From Waterburya sp. (lineage in GTDB: Bacteria > Cyanobacteriota > Cyanobacteriia > Cyanobacteriales > Xenococcaceae), in contig CBDCJV010000002.1 in NCBI GenBank assembly GCA_965217895.1, forward strand, positions 1,888,001 through 1,952,000: 64,000 nt of DNA, read 5' to 3'. Positions 61,601 through 64,000 of the stretch are shown piece by piece. The translations under genes were made by a program, and so were the position numbers. Position 1 is the stretch's first letter. The number at the start of each line of letters is the position of its first letter. The notes under the pieces are model-generated. The model did no database searches. It was not told the origin of the DNA and saw nothing but the letters and a program-made list of their open reading frames with translations.

Positions 61601-61712
61601 TGAGTTTTGGGGCGATGCTAGAAATAGCTTCAGATGAAAGTCGGTTAAATTGCGGAACTAAAGAGAGAAATTGTTCGACAATTTTAGTAGTGTTGGTGTT
61701 TGTATTGGTCAT
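58668..61712 (-). CDS. Type I secretion ABC transporter (HlyB-like) with N-terminal cNMP-binding and C39-like domains
   Basis: cNMP-like N-terminus, C39-like segment, ABC TM domain, GESGAGKST, LSGGQRQR, LDEATSALD. Confidence 0.92.
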   Translation of the reverse strand: MTNTNTNTTKIVEQFLSLVPQFNRLSSEAISSIAPKLKPLRFGVGKVMIMREKMQGQVAIISEGEVRLLGYDPRTKMPTTLDKLKPGQMIGWVNLARGLPCETAMASTEVVCLALDNEYFLSLIEQYPQLAEEYKYKPAKVEIFDLLGIQLEQQAQGDWDLAEYAQKMTEVAQVYYLPPGEHELNSELGQPLKDPNLIWLVSGGGAIKEYPAGSRLELTNDRQTIAVSGSQPARLISIPREYWFDGESEASVFEETFGKTLDGSAIVPSLDLDDTNFDEAEGLGEGYTFQEEEEVVNSGTKEYPFVAAKTTLEIGVACFQMLSKYFGMPFRKEVIKRVLKEQLDRTPNLSLPLCGAVSELMGLNPQLINIPAQAITRLEGPSMVVWQDSLAIIYEHSETELVIAVPELGLRRYKPEDFIATWGEGGEVLLLKKTKETPQERFGINWFLPALQKYKRVLIEVFIASFFVQLFQLANPLMIQVIIDKVISQNSPSTLGYLIFFLVVINIFEALLTTLRTYLFVDTTNRIDLTLGSEIIDHLLRLPLRYFERRPVGEISTRVNELERIRQFLTGTALTVVLDCIFSVIYVVVMFLYSPLLTAVTLSIIPIFIALTLIFSPTIRQQLRVKAERNAETQSYLVEILTGIQTVKAQNIELRSRWKWQERYARYISTGFKTVVTSTLAKSASDFLNKLSRVVIIGLGAYLVLDGKLTLGQLIAFRIIGGYVTSPVMRLATLWQNFQETALSLERLADIVDNPEEGEADRNNIPMPAIRGRVKYDDLSFRFKNTGPLQLKNVTTEFEAGTFVAIVGESGAGKSTMTKLLSRLYEPEGGRILIDGYDINRVELYSIRRQIGVVPQETLLFEGTILDNIALTNPDATTEEIIAAAQIAAAHDFIMTLPNGYNTRVGERGSSLSGGQRQRIAIARTILQAPAMMVLDEATSALDFSTEQEVSRNLKEALKGRTVFFITHRLGTIKNADTIVMMDAGSIVERGTHEELMALKGRYCYLYQQQESSV

Positions 61713-61726
61713 AAGTCAAGTACGCC

Positions 61727-62497
61727 TCAAGAAGTGACAGGGCTAGATAAAAAAGATACTTTTTGTTTAGTTACCTCATTGAGCCATTGATTAAATAGTT
61801 CGTCTAGCATCCGTTGTCGCATGGGAGAATCGAGCTTTGCCGAAAGATAATTTTCTAGTCTGACAATGACAATCCACTCACCCACGCGAGCTGGAGGAAT
61901 TAGCTGTCCTGGTTGACAAGTAGCAAGTATCTGAGCAATTTTAGGATGGGGAGCGTTAATTTCCACAGGTCCAATTAAACCGCCTGTTTGAGCTTCTGTA
62001 CCTAAGGAGTACTCCATTGCTAGCCCACTAAAAGTGTTTTCGTCATCTTTTATGCGAAAATATAGTTCTTGTGCTATTTCTGGTCTTTCTACCCGAATCA
62101 AAGAATAAACAACTCGATCAAGTTGAGACTTGCGTTTAATAAAATGGGCATCAACCTGATCGTTCCAATTAGCTTGCTTAAACTTTTCGAGTCTTAATCT
62201 TTTGGTAATGAGCTTCTGCAACTGCTCACGGCTCATTCCCTGTTTATTCAGCCAATCTTCCACCTGTTCGTCTGAGGCTAATTGATTTTGTTGACAAAAC
62301 TGATTGAAGGTTGAGGTGTTTTCTTCTTCAGTACACTCAATCTCAGCAATTAGTCGATCAATCAAAATTTCTTGTGCCAGCTTAGGTAGCATCTGATACT
62401 GGGTTAGCAATGGAACTAAATCTTCGGCGGTGTAAACTTGATTATCTACTTCTAAAACTACGCTCATACTTTTTGAGTTAGGCGAAAAGTACGCCAA
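61727..62497 (-). CDS. Parvulin-type peptidylprolyl isomerase (T1SS-associated)
   Basis: VVYSLIRV, ELYFRI, LAMEYS, GGLIGPV; directly upstream of the ABC transporter. Confidence 0.85.
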   Translation of the reverse strand: MAYFSPNSKSMSVVLEVDNQVYTAEDLVPLLTQYQMLPKLAQEILIDRLIAEIECTEEENTSTFNQFCQQNQLASDEQVEDWLNKQGMSREQLQKLITKRLRLEKFKQANWNDQVDAHFIKRKSQLDRVVYSLIRVERPEIAQELYFRIKDDENTFSGLAMEYSLGTEAQTGGLIGPVEINAPHPKIAQILATCQPGQLIPPARVGEWIVIVRLENYLSAKLDSPMRQRMLDELFNQWLNEVTKQKVSFLSSPVTS

Positions 62498-62714
62498 TAC
62501 ACATAAATTAAATAATAATTACAATTTATTCTATAGTTGTGACATTAAGATGCGATTTTACTTAAGAATATCAATACTCTGTGCTTCTGAATCTTGCTTG
62601 ACTCATAGCTCTTCTTCAATTTCGCTATTTTAACTTAACCTACTTTAGTGGGAATGACACATTGTCTGTCGTTTTTCTTAGCTTGAGGATTAGGAAAAAT
62701 TTGCTTAATTTGCT

Positions 62715-63197
62715 TCAATTACGATCAATTAACAAAATTACTACATAAGCACAAATTCCCTCTTCCCTGCCAACAGGACCAAGCTTTTCGTTGGTTGTGG
62801 CTTTGATGCTAATTTGACTCTCTTCAATTTTTAAGGTTTTAGCAAGGTTAGAACGCATTAACTTGAGATAAGGTTTAAGCTTGGGGTTTTCTGCCACCAC
62901 GGTAGAGTCTATATTGCCAATTTGCCAGCCTTGAGAGAAGATAATTTCGGCAACTTGCTGTAGCAAGATCATACTGTCTGCTCCTTTCCACTTCGGGTCG
63001 CTAGGGGGAAAATAATGACCAATATCTCCTAGTCCCAAAGCTCCCAGCATAGCGTCCATAGTGGCATGGACAAGAACATCAGCATCGCTATGCCCCAACA
63101 GTCCCTGGGAATGGGGAATATTAACCCCAGCCAGGATTAACGGTCTGCCTGCTACTAATTGATGAATATCGTAACCATTGCCAATACGAATGTTCAT
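62715..63197 (-). CDS. ispF: 2-C-methyl-D-erythritol 2,4-cyclodiphosphate synthase
   Basis: [31 protein letters not shown]. Confidence 0.97.
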   Translation of the reverse strand: MNIRIGNGYDIHQLVAGRPLILAGVNIPHSQGLLGHSDADVLVHATMDAMLGALGLGDIGHYFPPSDPKWKGADSMILLQQVAEIIFSQGWQIGNIDSTVVAENPKLKPYLKLMRSNLAKTLKIEESQISIKATTNEKLGPVGREEGICAYVVILLIDRN

Positions 63198-63258
63198 TGT
63201 GAGAATGAATTATCCTAGATTAATTGTGTTTTTTATTTAGTGTTGGAGTGTCAAAGAG

Positions 63259-63660
63259 ATGCTGAATCGTTTTCGTTTTATCCAACAAGCAATTTTGACT
63301 AGCATTTGTGCTGCCTCGGTTTCGGCAGTATGTGCTGTTCCTGCTTCAAGTCAAATTTTACCTGAAATTTGGGGTACGATTGGCTCAGTAGATGATTTAA
63401 TTAGCTACGGTGCTGGGGTCAGGTTTGCTGGCACGGGTATCGAAATTGGGACGGGTGAAAAAGGCGCAACGGGTGGAGACTTTTTAACTTTTTTTAGTTT
63501 ACCTATTGTTTCCCCTTATATAGGACTTGGTTACTATAGTGGCGATGAAAACATAGCCTTCTCAGGAGGATTACATCTAAATGCAGGCAGCCATATCGTT
63601 ATCGGTGCTGGATATCATTCTGTTAGGGGTGTGAACGGTCAATTAGGCTTTAAATTTTAG
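63259..63660 (+). CDS. Secreted hypothetical protein, possible small outer-membrane beta-barrel
   Basis: Signal peptide; Gly/aromatic alternating strands (PYIGLG); C-terminal Phe (GQLGFKF). Confidence 0.55.
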   Translation: MLNRFRFIQQAILTSICAASVSAVCAVPASSQILPEIWGTIGSVDDLISYGAGVRFAGTGIEIGTGEKGATGGDFLTFFSLPIVSPYIGLGYYSGDENIAFSGGLHLNAGSHIVIGAGYHSVRGVNGQLGFKF

Positions 63661-63818
63661 TTAATTTGCTGCTAGTTCAATATTTCGTCTTTTATCTTGG
63701 TTACCTACTTGACAACCAACTAATTAAGTGGCACTTTCTGGCTAAAAATACGTCTAGTTATTTGATAGATTGATCGAAGTAAAATCCAGTATTAACTAAC
63801 TGCTAAATCAAACAATTT

Positions 63819-64000
63819 ATGTTATTTAACAAATCACTTTACAAAACTTTTTTAATGGGTTTGGCTCTCACTGCTTTGGCTACAGGCGGGGTTGCTACCG
63901 TTGTTAAAGCCCAAGGAACACCAGGATTAGTCATCTTTGGCAACAGAGACGTTGATGTTCTCAACTATTACTTGGACTTTGGAGGAGTTGCCGATAGTCG
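63819..64000 (+). CDS. DUF2808-like secreted protein; 5' part only, runs off the window end
   Basis: Hand translation MLFNKSLYKTFLMGLALTALATGGVATVVKAQGTPGLVIFGNRDVDVLNYYLDFGGVADS; signal peptide plus LDFGG motif. Confidence 0.6.
   Translation, partial: MLFNKSLYKTFLMGLALTALATGGVATVVKAQGTPGLVIFGNRDVDVLNYYLDFGGVADS

Overview
This is a cyanobacterial chromosome segment: AT-rich, dense in HIP1 octamers (GCGATCGC), with heptamer tandem repeats and cyanobacteria-type genes. A Pleurocapsales-like source is my inference only. Most of it is housekeeping: amiC-type amidase, Na+/H+ antiporter, trmH, ilvN, ppx, queE, rpsF, pdhA, hisS, wza/wzc, lipB, hpf, pilB-pilT-pilC divergent from grpE-dnaK-dnaJ-tusA-rsgA, aroF, a HlyB-like exporter with a PPIase, and ispF. 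Two things stand out. (1) An accessory patch at about 45.2-48.0 kb holds an IS982 element next to an apparent two-gene unit. The unit encodes a heme-oxygenase-like diiron oxidase (HDO) and an unannotated 48-aa peptide with a strong RBS. It has an upstream perfect palindrome and a downstream terminator, and is a candidate new RiPP-like system. (2) A family of 48-nt structured mini-insertions with a swappable 13-nt central hairpin occurs at 1136-1183, 33864-33911, 45673-45720 and 45796-45843, and probably in hisS at 22288-22335. A separate 21-nt insertion at a HIP1-like site puts a stop codon in the IS982 transposase. I saw no rRNA, tRNA or CRISPR array. All family assignments come from motif recognition by eye; no database searches were run.
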